DNA from: an uncultured Methanoregulaceae archaeon
Lineage (GTDB): Archaea > Halobacteriota > Methanomicrobia > Methanomicrobiales > Methanospirillaceae
Direction of reading: 5' to 3'
Assembly (NCBI GenBank): GCA_963701095.1
Contig: OY969564.1
Span: 1,568,001-1,632,000 of the forward strand
DNA: 64,000 bases
Part shown: positions 1 through 10,059 of the stretch, in pieces
Layout: each line of letters begins with the position of its first letter
Numbering within the stretch: the first letter of the stretch is position 1
Made by a program: the position numbers and the translations under genes
Notes under the pieces: generated by a model
Databases searched by the model: none
Told to the model about the DNA's origin: nothing
The model's input: the letters and a program-made list of their open reading frames with translations, nothing else

Positions 1-387
1 CAGATCTGTTTCAAGATCCTCCTGATCCGGTACAGGCTCATAGGTGGCAAAAAATTGGCCCTCACGAAGTGTAAGAGAACTGACTTTGATCCTTTTTTCG
101 GAATTAGAACAGACAAGATAACCGCCATCGGTCGGTTGTACATGTTGGATCCGTAACAGGTTGCCGGTATTATACAGCGATTCCGCTGTCAGTTCCAGAG
201 GGCGTATGCCACTTTTTACCGTAAGACCAATCGCTTGCCATCCGCCAGCATCCGTCGTCGAACCGAGCAAGAGATCCCCAGTTGCCTTATCAACAGGAAA
301 CTTTGTCCGGCTCCCGGGATAAGCGACAATTTCAAAGAGGGGAATTACGAGTTTTTCCGTTGTATCTTCATTGTTTTCTGACTGCAT
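1..387 (-). CDS. lon: ATP-dependent Lon protease (bacterial-type LonA), N-terminal substrate-binding domain; runs off the window start
   Basis: Not in the ORF track. Manual translation from ATG at 387 gives MQSENNEDTTEKLVIPLFEIVAYPGSRTKFPVD...AIGLTVKSG...LYNTGNLLRI..., open to position 1. The IPL..IVAYPG and LY.TG motifs resemble the LON_N domain. GGAG RBS upstream. Confidence 0.65.
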   Translation of the reverse strand, partial: MQSENNEDTTEKLVIPLFEIVAYPGSRTKFPVDKATGDLLLGSTTDAGGWQAIGLTVKSGIRPLELTAESLYNTGNLLRIQHVQPTDGGYLVCSNSEKRIKVSSLTLREGQFFATYEPVPDQEDLETDL

Positions 388-402
388 ATGTACTCCAATT
401 AT

Positions 403-421
403 TTAGTTTGATTTTACCTAA
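403..421. promoter_or_regulatory. Putative MarR operator, copy 1 (TTAGTTTGATTTTACCTAA), upstream of lon
   Basis: 17/19 identical to the copy at 877-895; imperfect inverted repeat about 15 nt upstream of the lon start codon. Confidence 0.6.
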
Positions 422-443
422 CTAAACCCCGGGATAAAAAAAA

Positions 444-863
444 TTACCCGACTTTCTTCAGGATCCCGACAAGGAGATCCAGTTCGTTTTCATCGAGCGA
501 ATCAACCATTTGTTCAATCACCTGACGCAACGCAGCCCGTTCAGCTTGTGCGATCTTTTTTCCTTTCTCGGTCAAGCGGATATACAGAATCCTTTTATCC
601 TCGGGACAGGATTCGCGATACACGCACTCCATCCGGACAAACCGGTTGATTGTCTCAGTTATGGTGGGTTTTGAGTTTTTTGTGATCTCCGCAAGCCTGC
701 TGAAGGTCACTTCCCCCTGTTGATCGATAGTTCTGAGATAGCCAACCTGCCTGACGGTTATCTCCGGGAGTCCGCATTCGGAGAAGATTCTGCAGGAGCA
801 TTCATTCCTGATCCTGAAGAGTTTTTCAAACTCAGCGAATAACTGCTCCTGACGGTCCGCCAT
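444..863 (-). CDS. MarR family transcriptional regulator, Cys-rich
   Basis: 139 aa winged HTH: LAEITKNSKPTITETINRF...V.R..CPEDKRILYIRLTEKG. Confidence 0.9.
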   Translation of the reverse strand: MADRQEQLFAEFEKLFRIRNECSCRIFSECGLPEITVRQVGYLRTIDQQGEVTFSRLAEITKNSKPTITETINRFVRMECVYRESCPEDKRILYIRLTEKGKKIAQAERAALRQVIEQMVDSLDENELDLLVGILKKVG

Positions 864-876
864 AGATCGATCTTCA

Positions 877-895
877 TTAGTTTGGGTTTACCTAA
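877..895. promoter_or_regulatory. Putative MarR operator, copy 2 (TTAGTTTGGGTTTACCTAA), upstream of marR
   Basis: 17/19 identical to 403-421; about 13 nt upstream of the marR start codon. Confidence 0.6.
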
Positions 896-1054
896 TAATA
901 AAGATTCGTATTCACACGTTAAAAACTTTCAAAAAGTGAGAAAGGATCGGTATTTTCTGAACGCCGATTGTCTTCACCGTGAAAAGTCTAAAAACAGGGA
1001 TTGCAGGAATTTTTCGGCGGAGATTATTTATTCCGAGTTTAATCAATTGCTATT

Positions 1055-1474
1055 ATGGATGCGAACACTATTTTAAAAAAATATGAAACGGCAGTATATC
1101 TTGTCCTTATCACGCTTTTTGCGATTATCGTTGCCTTCTCGATTGGGGAACTGATTTATATCCTTTATAATTCACTTTTTGTCAACTCTCCATTTCTTCT
1201 GGAGAATAACGAACTATTGGGCCTGTTCGGTTATTTCCTTCTCGTACTTATCGGCGTGGAGCTTCTGGCAACGGTCGCGGCATATGTCAATGAAAAGGTA
1301 ATCCGTGTAGAAGTAGTAATCCTGATCGCTATAATAGCAATCGCCCGGAATGTCATTCTCCTCGACCCGACGGCAATGGAACCATTGAACATGTTCGGAA
1401 TATCTGCGATTATATTCGCGCTCTGTTCAGGGTATTTTTTCCTCAAGAAAGCGGGGCTCGGTAAACAGGATTGA
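1055..1474 (+). CDS. PsiE family membrane protein
   Basis: Four hydrophobic segments; motif LLVLIGVELL.TV..Y...V.VEVVILIAIIAIAR.VI. Confidence 0.8.
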   Translation: MDANTILKKYETAVYLVLITLFAIIVAFSIGELIYILYNSLFVNSPFLLENNELLGLFGYFLLVLIGVELLATVAAYVNEKVIRVEVVILIAIIAIARNVILLDPTAMEPLNMFGISAIIFALCSGYFFLKKAGLGKQD

Positions 1475-1583
1475 CTTGATCTATGCAAGAGAATGCCTCC
1501 AAGACTAATCCGAGAGAGAAAATGAACAGTAATTATCTTTTCCGGTTATGAGAACACCCCTAGAGAATCATCCTTTTATTTTA

Positions 1584-2477
1584 TCATACTTCTATATCGT
1601 AAACCGCATGCCACTGGCCAGGTGAATATGACCGCACAATGCGCTCGGTCACTTCTGTAGCACCAAGCTCATATATCCTGTCGATATGCTCACCTTCCCG
1701 AGATACCAGCGAATAGAAATGAATCATGCCCCCGTGCCTGATAAGCCTGAATGCATCGGTCAAAAAATCAGTCCCGGCAAGCGGGAGGTTCATGATGATC
1801 CGGTCGAATTTCCATGGCAGAGTACTCCTGAGCCGACAGGCATCTGCAAGGAGAGGGAGAATATTGGTGGCTTTGTTTTTCCGGATATTTTCGATCAACA
1901 TGAGGACTGCCTTGGGATTGAGATCTACTGCCACAATGAACGCCGCATGTGGAGCAAGGGTTATTGCAAACGGGCCAACCCCGGTAAACATGTCGAGCAC
2001 GTTTTCGTTATTCCGAGTCTTTTCTGCGATGCGTTGGCGTTCTGTTGAAAGCCGGGATGAGAAATATGCATTGGCAAGGTCAATTTTATACCGGTGCCCG
2101 TATTCATTAACTTCTGTTAGTGTCGTGTCATTTCCGGCAAGAACCATATAGTCCCGGGTGCGGTACTTCCCCGAGACTTCGCTTTGCGGAAAGAGAACCG
2201 TGTGCAGAGAAGGCCGGGAAGCAAGGATCGCCTCTGCCCCTTTCGGATCATTATCCTGCATAATGGCTATCCCCCCCACAAGTTCATGACGGGGAAGGGA
2301 GATGCGGCCGGGTTGATCTTCGAAAACATACCGTGATGTTCCCTCACGTGCTTCTTGGACGGGAAAGACCAGAAACTCTCCATCATGCAGCACCTTAAAC
2401 GTCAGATCGAGGGCACCGTCGCGGAGAAGTGCCTGCCGTACTTCTTCACCTTTTTTTGCCGGTACCTCAGTCCCCAT
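1584..2477 (-). CDS. trm5: tRNA (guanine37-N1)-methyltransferase, Trm5/Met-10+ family
   Basis: YFSSRLSTER, VLDMFTGVGPFAI SAM motif, RIIMNLP. Confidence 0.8.
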   Translation of the reverse strand: MGTEVPAKKGEEVRQALLRDGALDLTFKVLHDGEFLVFPVQEAREGTSRYVFEDQPGRISLPRHELVGGIAIMQDNDPKGAEAILASRPSLHTVLFPQSEVSGKYRTRDYMVLAGNDTTLTEVNEYGHRYKIDLANAYFSSRLSTERQRIAEKTRNNENVLDMFTGVGPFAITLAPHAAFIVAVDLNPKAVLMLIENIRKNKATNILPLLADACRLRSTLPWKFDRIIMNLPLAGTDFLTDAFRLIRHGGMIHFYSLVSREGEHIDRIYELGATEVTERIVRSYSPGQWHAVYDIEV

Positions 2478-2537
2478 TGTTCATTTGTCATGAACCCAAC
2501 CACTGCGCCTATAATAGTTTACGTGCAACATGTATTC

Positions 2538-3810
2538 ATGGCTGGTGATGACGGGCACCACGATGCGAAAAAAGGACGGGATCAAGGAGAAGAAGCAGAG
2601 ATCCTGGCAAAACTGAGGGATGGATCCATCAAGATATACGAGCTCGAAAAACAGCTTCGACCTGTCGATGCGGTCAGGGTGCGCCGGGAGTTTATAGAAC
2701 AGGAAACCAGTACGACACTTGAAAATATAGGAATCTTTTCAATCGATGTCGACCGGGCGGCAACTAGGAACTGCGAGAATATGATCGGCACTGTGCAGGT
2801 GCCAGTTGGGGTCGCTGGACCACTTTCAATCAATGGCGAGTATGCAAAGGGCTCGTTCTGGCTTCCTTTAGCGACAACTGAAGGAGCGCTTGTGGCATCG
2901 GTGAACCGGGGAGCAGGCGCAATTACCAGAGCCGGCGGGGTTCAGGTACGTATTCTTCATGACGGCATGACACGGGCCCCGGTCTTTGCTGCGCAAAGTA
3001 TCGTACACGCAAAAGAGATTGCGGACTGGGCTGAAGCCCATACAAACGATCTTGCTGCCATTGCCCAGACAACGACCACTCATGGAAAAATGACCGGACT
3101 CATGTCTTTCATCGCGGGCACGAGCGTGTTTATCCGGCTTGAATTTGATACCAAAGATGCAATGGGTATGAATATGGTCACCATAGCCAGTGCAAAAGTA
3201 GCCGACGAGATTGTAAAAGCTACCGGAGCGAGGCTTATCGCACTTTCAGGAAATATGTGTTCCGACAAGAAACCGGCCGCTATCAATGGTATCCTGGGCA
3301 GGGGACGCAGTGTGATAGCTGGCATCGCGCTTTCCCATGATCTGATTGAGAAAATCTTAAAAACGGATGCACAAACGATGATCGAAGTGAACTACCGCAA
3401 GAATCTTGTCGGTTCGGCAAGAGCCGGTGCAATGGGGTTCAACGCCCATGCAGCTGAATATCGTAGCTGCTCTATTTATTGCCTGTGGTCAGGATGCAGC
3501 ACATGCAATCGATGGCAGCACATGCATGACAACAATTGATGCTACGGAGTCAGGAGTCTATGTCGCAGTCACACTTCCCTCACTCCCGGTAGGTACGGTG
3601 GGCGGCGGAACCGGAGTCGATACACAGAACGAGTGCCTTAAAATTCTTGGCGTCGCCGGAGGGGGGACTCCTCCGGGAACGAATGCTAAGAAGCTGGCTG
3701 AAATTATAGGTGCCGGAGTACTTGCCGGTGAACTGTCTCTCATTGGCGCCCTCGCTGCGCAGCATCTCGCCCGCGCCCATCAGGAACTCGGGAGGGGAGT
3801 GAAAAAGTAA
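2538..3810 (+). CDS. hmgA: HMG-CoA reductase (NADPH, class I); one extra base near 3456 splits the ORF
   Basis: CENMIG, PLATTEGALVAS, DAMGMNM, GNMCSDKKPA, GFNAHAA|NIVAALFIACGQD, VGTVGGGT and C-terminal HQELGR. Removing one base at GCAGCTGAAT gives one 423-aa ORF. Confidence 0.93.
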
Positions 3811-3931
3811 GGAATATTTTGAGGGAACGGGCATCTTAAACACCAGTAAAAGGTCATATATCGCAGAATCAGAGAAAAGTAATCAGGCGTCCCTTTTATT
3901 GAGGGTTTGGATCGCTTCCTCTTTTTTTATT

Positions 3932-4426
3932 CTAGAACCGGAACCATTTCATCATGACAAGGGCATCTTCACCGTTTGCATAATAGCCGCCGACCTGAAA
4001 AACATTTTCGTACCCGAGGCGCCGGTAGAATCGCTGGGCAGGTGCATTTGATTCCCTGACTTCAAGCTGGCACCCGCTTGCGCTCTCAATCGCAAACTGG
4101 TGTTCAAGCCGGATCACCAGCTGTCGGCCGATACCTCTGCGCTGGAACGGTGCACTTACAGCAAAATTGCATATATGGCCATAGATATTTTCCCCGGTGT
4201 CCTCAAGAGCCCCGACAATAAAGCCGGCTATCTTTCCTTCGCACACTGCGACAAAATACGTAGTAGGGTAATAGGAAAGGGCTTCCGTGAAGATCTCCGC
4301 ATCCCAGGGATCAAGAAAAGCTTCTCGCTCGATCGCTACGATCGCCGGCACATCGGCAGGTACTGCCCGTCTGATAACCGGGATTGACGGGTGATATGCA
4401 AGAGAAGGGGAACGGATCATGGACAA
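3932..4426 (-). CDS. rimI: GNAT N-acetyltransferase (RimI/archaeal NAT family)
   Basis: HICNFAV...QRRGIG, LEVRESN..AQRFY..LG, YYANGEDA. Confidence 0.85.
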   Translation of the reverse strand: MSMIRSPSLAYHPSIPVIRRAVPADVPAIVAIEREAFLDPWDAEIFTEALSYYPTTYFVAVCEGKIAGFIVGALEDTGENIYGHICNFAVSAPFQRRGIGRQLVIRLEHQFAIESASGCQLEVRESNAPAQRFYRRLGYENVFQVGGYYANGEDALVMMKWFRF

Positions 4427-4591
4427 GGTCCTTTTATTGCAGTATCATCAGTTACCCCATGGTACAATAAGCATTGCGCCCTAGATTGGGGCGTGCCTGA
4501 TCATGGTGGAGGGCATTTAGTCTTCGATTATATATGTGACCTCGCCCAAATCTATGAGAAAGTACGCCCGTTTTGGGCTTTGGTAGGTACC

Positions 4592-5857
4592 ATGGTAAAC
4601 GTCTATCGTTTTGCCGCAGTGCGTCCTGCACCCGGTGAGGCCTCATCTATTGCAGCTGTCCCGTACGATGTCGTCACTGCAGAAGAAGCACGGACGATCA
4701 TTAAAGCAAACCCGGAGAGTTTTCTTACAGTCAGCCGGTCAGACGCGGAACTTCCAGACATTCCTCCGGATGACAACCGGGTCTATGAGCGGGCTCGCGA
4801 CAATTTCCAAGCATATCTTGAAAATGGTCGCCTCAAAAAAGATGGCCGTCCTGCGATGTACGTGTACCGGATCTTGCAGGAAAACGATACATTTATCGGC
4901 CTGTGCTGCTGTCTTGATACCGAAGATTACCGTTCAAACAGGATCCGGCGCCATGAGTTGACCCGGTATGACAAAGAAGAGGACAGGACACGACATATCG
5001 ACGCGATAAAAGCCCACGACGGCCCTGTCGTGCTCCTGTATCGCGATCACGATCTCCTCTTTTCCTTTATTGAATCCCAAATATCAGAAAAAAAAATACC
5101 TGACGCGGAAGTGCATACATCTCATGGGGGTACCCACCAGATCTTTGAGATAACCGACCCGGTTGCACTCGACACGATTGAACACCGTTTTCAGGATATA
5201 GAAAATCTTTATATTGCAGATGGTCATCACCGCGCCAAAGCTGCGATCAACTTGGTTGACAGAATACGTGATTCTGGCTTGCCGGCAGAGGGTGAAATTA
5301 GCCGGTTCATGGGCGTACTCTTTGCTCACAATCGGGTAAAGATTCACGGCTACAGCCGGCTACTTGCTGACATTGGGACATTTGATACTGAAACTTTCCT
5401 TAACGGACTCACGGAATACTTCAAAGTAACACCCTATGGGGATGTTGATGGGAATGGGTACAATATTCAGCCGCGCATTGCATGCCCGGAAAAATATCAC
5501 GTGATGCACCTTTACCTTCAAAAGAAATGGTACGAATGCACCCGGTTGATCGACCCGGCTGCATCCCTTCTTGAAGTTCTCGATGTCGCGGTACTTCAGG
5601 AACTCGTATTTAAAAAAATGTTTGGCATAACGGATCCCCGAGGTGACGCACGGCTCCAATATCTTGGAGGCGCCCGTCCTGTTGCCGATCTCGAGCGGCT
5701 CGTGGACAATGGTACCTATCGTCTTGCTTTTGCCATGCAGCCGGTCCGGGTTGGAACGGTTCTTTCCATTGCCGACGCCGGAGGAGTTATGCCTCCCAAA
5801 TCAACGTGGTTTGAGCCCAAGCTCTTAAGCGGGCTTGTGATACATTCATTTTCGTAA
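4592..5857 (+). CDS. DUF1015 family protein
   Basis: F.AVRP, PYDVV, IRRHE.T, YIADGHHR, MPPKSTWFEPKL.SGL; start placed at ATG 4592. Confidence 0.85.
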   Translation: MVNVYRFAAVRPAPGEASSIAAVPYDVVTAEEARTIIKANPESFLTVSRSDAELPDIPPDDNRVYERARDNFQAYLENGRLKKDGRPAMYVYRILQENDTFIGLCCCLDTEDYRSNRIRRHELTRYDKEEDRTRHIDAIKAHDGPVVLLYRDHDLLFSFIESQISEKKIPDAEVHTSHGGTHQIFEITDPVALDTIEHRFQDIENLYIADGHHRAKAAINLVDRIRDSGLPAEGEISRFMGVLFAHNRVKIHGYSRLLADIGTFDTETFLNGLTEYFKVTPYGDVDGNGYNIQPRIACPEKYHVMHLYLQKKWYECTRLIDPAASLLEVLDVAVLQELVFKKMFGITDPRGDARLQYLGGARPVADLERLVDNGTYRLAFAMQPVRVGTVLSIADAGGVMPPKSTWFEPKLLSGLVIHSFS

Positions 5858-5906
5858 AAAACAGGAACCTGAACCTTTATTGTTTTTCCCGGAAAGGGAC
5901 TATGAT

Positions 5907-6779
5907 ATGATCACCCTTGCACTTCCCAAAGGCAGTCTTGAGGCCCAGACGCTCCAGCTCTTCAAAGAGGCCGATCTCGAAGTCAGACGAACTGACCGCG
6001 ACTACAATCCCCTTATTGCAGACTGCCGGATCAGCAAGGTAAAAATTCTGCGCCCGCAGGAAATCCCGACCTATGTGGACAAAGGGTATTTCGATCTCGG
6101 CATCTCTGGTCTTGACTGGGTCCGGGAAACTGGGGCAAATGTTGTTGAGGTGGCGGCTCTTTCCTACAGTAAGACCGGAGAAGGCAATGTGAAGATCGTA
6201 ATCGCAGTACACCGCGACGAACCGATTGAGGATGCTGCACAGATCCGGCCCGGCAGCCGAGTGACAACAGAATACCCGGAACTTACAAAGAACTATTTTG
6301 CTGATAGAAATATCCCTGTCCAGCTCTTTCACTCGTTTGGCGCGTCAGAAGCAAAAGTGCCCGACCTTATGGATGTAGTTGTAGATCTTACCGAGACGGG
6401 AACTACCCTAAGAAAAAACGGTCTCAAAATCATCGGGCAGATTATGGAATCACACACCGTAATAATTGCGAACAAGGAGGCGTGGGCGAATCCGGAAAAA
6501 CGACGTGATATCGAAGAGATCAAGACCCTGCTCTTTGGGGTACTCGAAGCCCGGCATAAGGTCCTCCTGACAATGAACGTCCCTACGGCAGCACTGGAGA
6601 AGATTGTCTCGGCACTTCCAGCTATGAAAAAGCCTACTGTAAGCCGGCTCCATGGTCTTGATTATTACAGTGTCCAGACAGTTGTGCAGAAAAGTGCAGT
6701 CAACGGTCTTATTCCGAAGCTTAAAGCATGCGGTGCAGAAGACATTCTCGAAATCCCTATCACAAAAATTGTGCCCTAA
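5907..6779 (+). CDS. hisG: ATP phosphoribosyltransferase (long form)
   Basis: ALPKGSL, RPQEIP, DLGISGLD, GASEAK, VDLTETGTTLR; C-terminal ACT-like domain. Confidence 0.95.
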   Translation: MITLALPKGSLEAQTLQLFKEADLEVRRTDRDYNPLIADCRISKVKILRPQEIPTYVDKGYFDLGISGLDWVRETGANVVEVAALSYSKTGEGNVKIVIAVHRDEPIEDAAQIRPGSRVTTEYPELTKNYFADRNIPVQLFHSFGASEAKVPDLMDVVVDLTETGTTLRKNGLKIIGQIMESHTVIIANKEAWANPEKRRDIEEIKTLLFGVLEARHKVLLTMNVPTAALEKIVSALPAMKKPTVSRLHGLDYYSVQTVVQKSAVNGLIPKLKACGAEDILEIPITKIVP

Positions 6780-6909
6780 TTTTTTTACCGCAATAATGCT
6801 GGTCTTTATTTTCTACGAATTGAGGGGGATCGTTCATCTGACGAAGTAAACGATACAGCGAACCAGATAAAAACAACATTTATATCACTTCAACCGTCAA
6901 AGCCCTTTA

Positions 6910-7497
6910 ATGAATATGATGCGATTTCCTGGCTTGTCCTGTCTGGTTGCTGGTCTGGTAATTCTGCTCTGTTTTGGTGCAGCGTGCATTTCAGGTCCCT
7001 CCGGACAGAGTCCGACAAACGCAACGCCGGTTCCGGGAGGAATAACTGTGCTTGGGGGAAACTATAGCAGTCAGCAAATGACATATACGCTCGATCAGGC
7101 CGAAACAGCCGTCATCCAGGAATACCAGGCGCAGGCAGGTGAGAATAACCAGTCAATCTTCTATATCCGGGGAGAGCATGTTGATAGTTCGGGTAAAGCA
7201 CAACGTTGGATTTTTGGCATCTACCTAGGGAATACCTCGACGATGCTTGTCTATGATAACAATGGTGTTTCCACGCTTGCCACGCCACCGGGATTGCCTG
7301 CACCTGAAACTATTCCTCCGAATGTTCTCACACCTGAAGATATCATGAAAATTGCTTCTTCCTCAGGTTCTCTCAACCTGAATGGGACTTCCCTGGTGCT
7401 CATGAACGGGCAATATACTATTACAGAAACCGGGTCAGGTCAGCAGGGAATTGTCATCAATGCAATAACAGGAGAGTTGATTACTACCCATGATTGA
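6910..7497 (+). CDS. Putative lipoprotein/surface protein at the head of the pilin-like operon
   Basis: Hydrophobic N-terminus ending FGAAC; PepSY-like C-terminus (INAITGELI); overlaps the next gene by 8 nt. Confidence 0.7.
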   Translation: MNMMRFPGLSCLVAGLVILLCFGAACISGPSGQSPTNATPVPGGITVLGGNYSSQQMTYTLDQAETAVIQEYQAQAGENNQSIFYIRGEHVDSSGKAQRWIFGIYLGNTSTMLVYDNNGVSTLATPPGLPAPETIPPNVLTPEDIMKIASSSGSLNLNGTSLVLMNGQYTITETGSGQQGIVINAITGELITTHD

Positions 7498-8677
7498 TGA
7501 TGCCGGAAATCTCTCCATTGATTTTTTGGTCGGTTTCACCATCTTCATGATAACGCTCATCTATGTAGCAACATTGATCCCAACCCTCTTTATTGGTCTC
7601 AAGAGTAACACTATAGATTATGATGCAGTCGCCTACCGGACCGGGGTGATTCTCGCTGAAGATCCCGGCATGCCTTACAATCCCTCGTGGGAGACTCTCC
7701 CCAATACATCAGATAGTGATATCCTGCGGTTCGGTCTTGCGCTGTCAAAAGATACCCCTAATATTTTGACACCAGAAAAAATAACCCGGTTTTTCTGCAC
7801 GTCCGAATTTGTCTACCCTTCAGATTACCAGTCGAGGGCGGTCTTCGGAGACTATCCATACCAGTTCAATGTCTCCCTGCAGATGGCAGGAAGTAACGTA
7901 ACGCAATCAATCGGGGATGTCATACCAGACCAGGACTACGGGTACAGCCGACGGGTAATCAAGGTAAAGGAGCATAGTAACGCCACCCTTGATTTCTCTA
8001 ATTTCATAGTGATCCCGGGCCCAACTCCAGCGCCAGCAAGTAATCTACCCTTAAGAATTTACACGCAGAATGCAACCAATCAGGCATTCTCAATTTATTT
8101 CAATTACACGTATCTGCTCAATAATGGTTTCGATAATAACAACCCAGCGTACGAAATCAACCCCCTAGCACCATCGGGGTCAAACGGGATTATAGGTGGT
8201 GAGGGGGCACTCATCAACTTTACGGGTCTGCAACATCTCCCTAAGAACACAATTACGCCGACAAATATAAGCCTGACCACTATTTCAATATATTATTCCA
8301 AATCAATGGCCCCATTAGGGACAGGTCAGAATGCGTTTGAAGGTCCGGAATTACCTCCTTGGAATGTTACTCCGTTTGAATTATTTATCGACGGTAATAC
8401 CACATCTGCTACGACATTACCCATGAACGTAACAAATAATATATCGCTTTTCATACCACCGGGTTTACTTAGTTATGCAGGAGGGGATGACTCGAGCACT
8501 TTGCTGAATGTCACCCTGCAGTTTAACCTGACGGATGGCTACGGGAATCCACAATCGGACTGGTATCTTAACAGTACACAGGTCATGCCAGATGGTGCTT
8601 TTGAGTATAACTACACCAATCCCAATATCACCCAGCCCCACCTGGAAGATGGTGTCATGGAGGTGGCAGTATGGTAA
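7490..8677 (+). CDS. Prepilin-like (class III signal peptide) protein 1
   Basis: MIDDAG/NLSIDFLVGFTIFMITLIYV; many N-x-S/T sequons. Confidence 0.75.
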   Translation: MIDDAGNLSIDFLVGFTIFMITLIYVATLIPTLFIGLKSNTIDYDAVAYRTGVILAEDPGMPYNPSWETLPNTSDSDILRFGLALSKDTPNILTPEKITRFFCTSEFVYPSDYQSRAVFGDYPYQFNVSLQMAGSNVTQSIGDVIPDQDYGYSRRVIKVKEHSNATLDFSNFIVIPGPTPAPASNLPLRIYTQNATNQAFSIYFNYTYLLNNGFDNNNPAYEINPLAPSGSNGIIGGEGALINFTGLQHLPKNTITPTNISLTTISIYYSKSMAPLGTGQNAFEGPELPPWNVTPFELFIDGNTTSATTLPMNVTNNISLFIPPGLLSYAGGDDSSTLLNVTLQFNLTDGYGNPQSDWYLNSTQVMPDGAFEYNYTNPNITQPHLEDGVMEVAVW

Positions 8678-9258
8678 ACGATCGAGGACAGCTTTTTACC
8701 ATTGAAGGAGTTGCCGCCGGCATGATCATGCTGTTTACTACCTATCTTGTCCTGAGCGCGACTACAATATACACACCAGGAGACAGCCATATCAGCGATA
8801 TGCAACTGGAGCAGATAGGTTCAGACGCATTGAATATGATGAACACCCCTTCTAATTGTACAAGTTCGTCCTGTGTGAGCCAGCTTCAGCAAATTGTTAA
8901 CGAATCTGATTATTCTCCCACAGGTATTCCCCTGCAGGATCTGCAATCTGCAATCGATTTCAATACGACATTCCTAAATTATATAAATAACAGGACAGGA
9001 TCAATGTCAGATAATCTCCATTACGAAGCATTTGTTGTTTTCAGGAATGACACTGATACGAATACAAATTCAACCTGGAGTTATCCCTTGGCATACAATC
9101 GTAACCTCACCGGCGTTGAACATCCGGTCCGGGTAACCGAATGGGTCATAATTGGACCCCCTAATTTCCCCGGTATTGTAATACCACCGACGGAACCACA
9201 TATGTATCTTCCGAAGCCCCGGGCAGTCCTTGTGGAGGTGCTCTTATGGCGGGATTAA
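8671..9258 (+). CDS. Prepilin-like protein 2
   Basis: MVNDRG/QLFTIEGVAAGMIMLF; C-terminal VLVEVLLW strand. Confidence 0.78.
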   Translation: MVNDRGQLFTIEGVAAGMIMLFTTYLVLSATTIYTPGDSHISDMQLEQIGSDALNMMNTPSNCTSSSCVSQLQQIVNESDYSPTGIPLQDLQSAIDFNTTFLNYINNRTGSMSDNLHYEAFVVFRNDTDTNTNSTWSYPLAYNRNLTGVEHPVRVTEWVIIGPPNFPGIVIPPTEPHMYLPKPRAVLVEVLLWRD

Positions 9259-9626
9259 GCGATGACGCACAATGGATCGTAATGATGGGGTTTGTCGTGA
9301 GCTTGAGTTTTTTCTTCCTAGCAATATTACTTAACCAATCTACTGTGGTTGGCCAGACAACGGCAGAAAGCGTCCTGGACTTTCCGAAAAATGATATCCG
9401 GGATGTAAGGGATGTAATGATCGAATCTGCCGAACTACTTAATGCTACTACGGATCCGATATCGGAAAGCCAGTATGCAACAATCCAGAATGATATCCAA
9501 ACACTTTCACTGAGTGAGAAAAAAGCGGTAGTCCAATATCAGATCATCAATTCCAATCCACTCTGGCTCAGCATTCACTACAATAACGGGGTGACTTCCT
9601 ACAATGAAACCTGGGTATCGCCGTAA
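9246..9626 (+). CDS. Prepilin-like protein 3
   Basis: MAGLSDDA/QWIVMMGFVVSLSFFFLAILLN. Confidence 0.7.
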   Translation: MAGLSDDAQWIVMMGFVVSLSFFFLAILLNQSTVVGQTTAESVLDFPKNDIRDVRDVMIESAELLNATTDPISESQYATIQNDIQTLSLSEKKAVVQYQIINSNPLWLSIHYNNGVTSYNETWVSP

Positions 9627-10059
9627 AAACCATGCAGAAACCGGTGTAAGTACCCTAATCGAGTACGTCATGATAACAACAATCATGATTATTCTCTTTG
9701 TTGTCGTATTACTGGAGGTAAACGCAAATTTCATGCAAGGACCGGCGGAAACATTGCAATACAATGCATTTACTGATATAGGAAACGGGATATCAACAAG
9801 AATAGTTGATGTGTACGCCATCGCGCCGACGACCGGGAATATCACTTCATCATTTACCCTTCCTGACGAAGTCGCGGGGCAGGATTATTTTGTCGATATT
9901 TATACCGGGGCGACGGCAGCAGATCAGGGAGTTATGGTCTACCATGGAAATATTATCAGCAATATCAGTATTGCGGGTATTAGCTCAACGCGGAATGTAA
10001 CAGGAAACACAACAGGAAGCGGAATAGATCAGATAAGTTATGACTCGCAGGGATTCTGA
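9604..10059 (+). CDS. Prepilin-like protein 4
   Basis: RRKNHAETG/VSTLIEYVMITTIMIILFVVV. Confidence 0.78.
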   Translation: MKPGYRRKNHAETGVSTLIEYVMITTIMIILFVVVLLEVNANFMQGPAETLQYNAFTDIGNGISTRIVDVYAIAPTTGNITSSFTLPDEVAGQDYFVDIYTGATAADQGVMVYHGNIISNISIAGISSTRNVTGNTTGSGIDQISYDSQGF

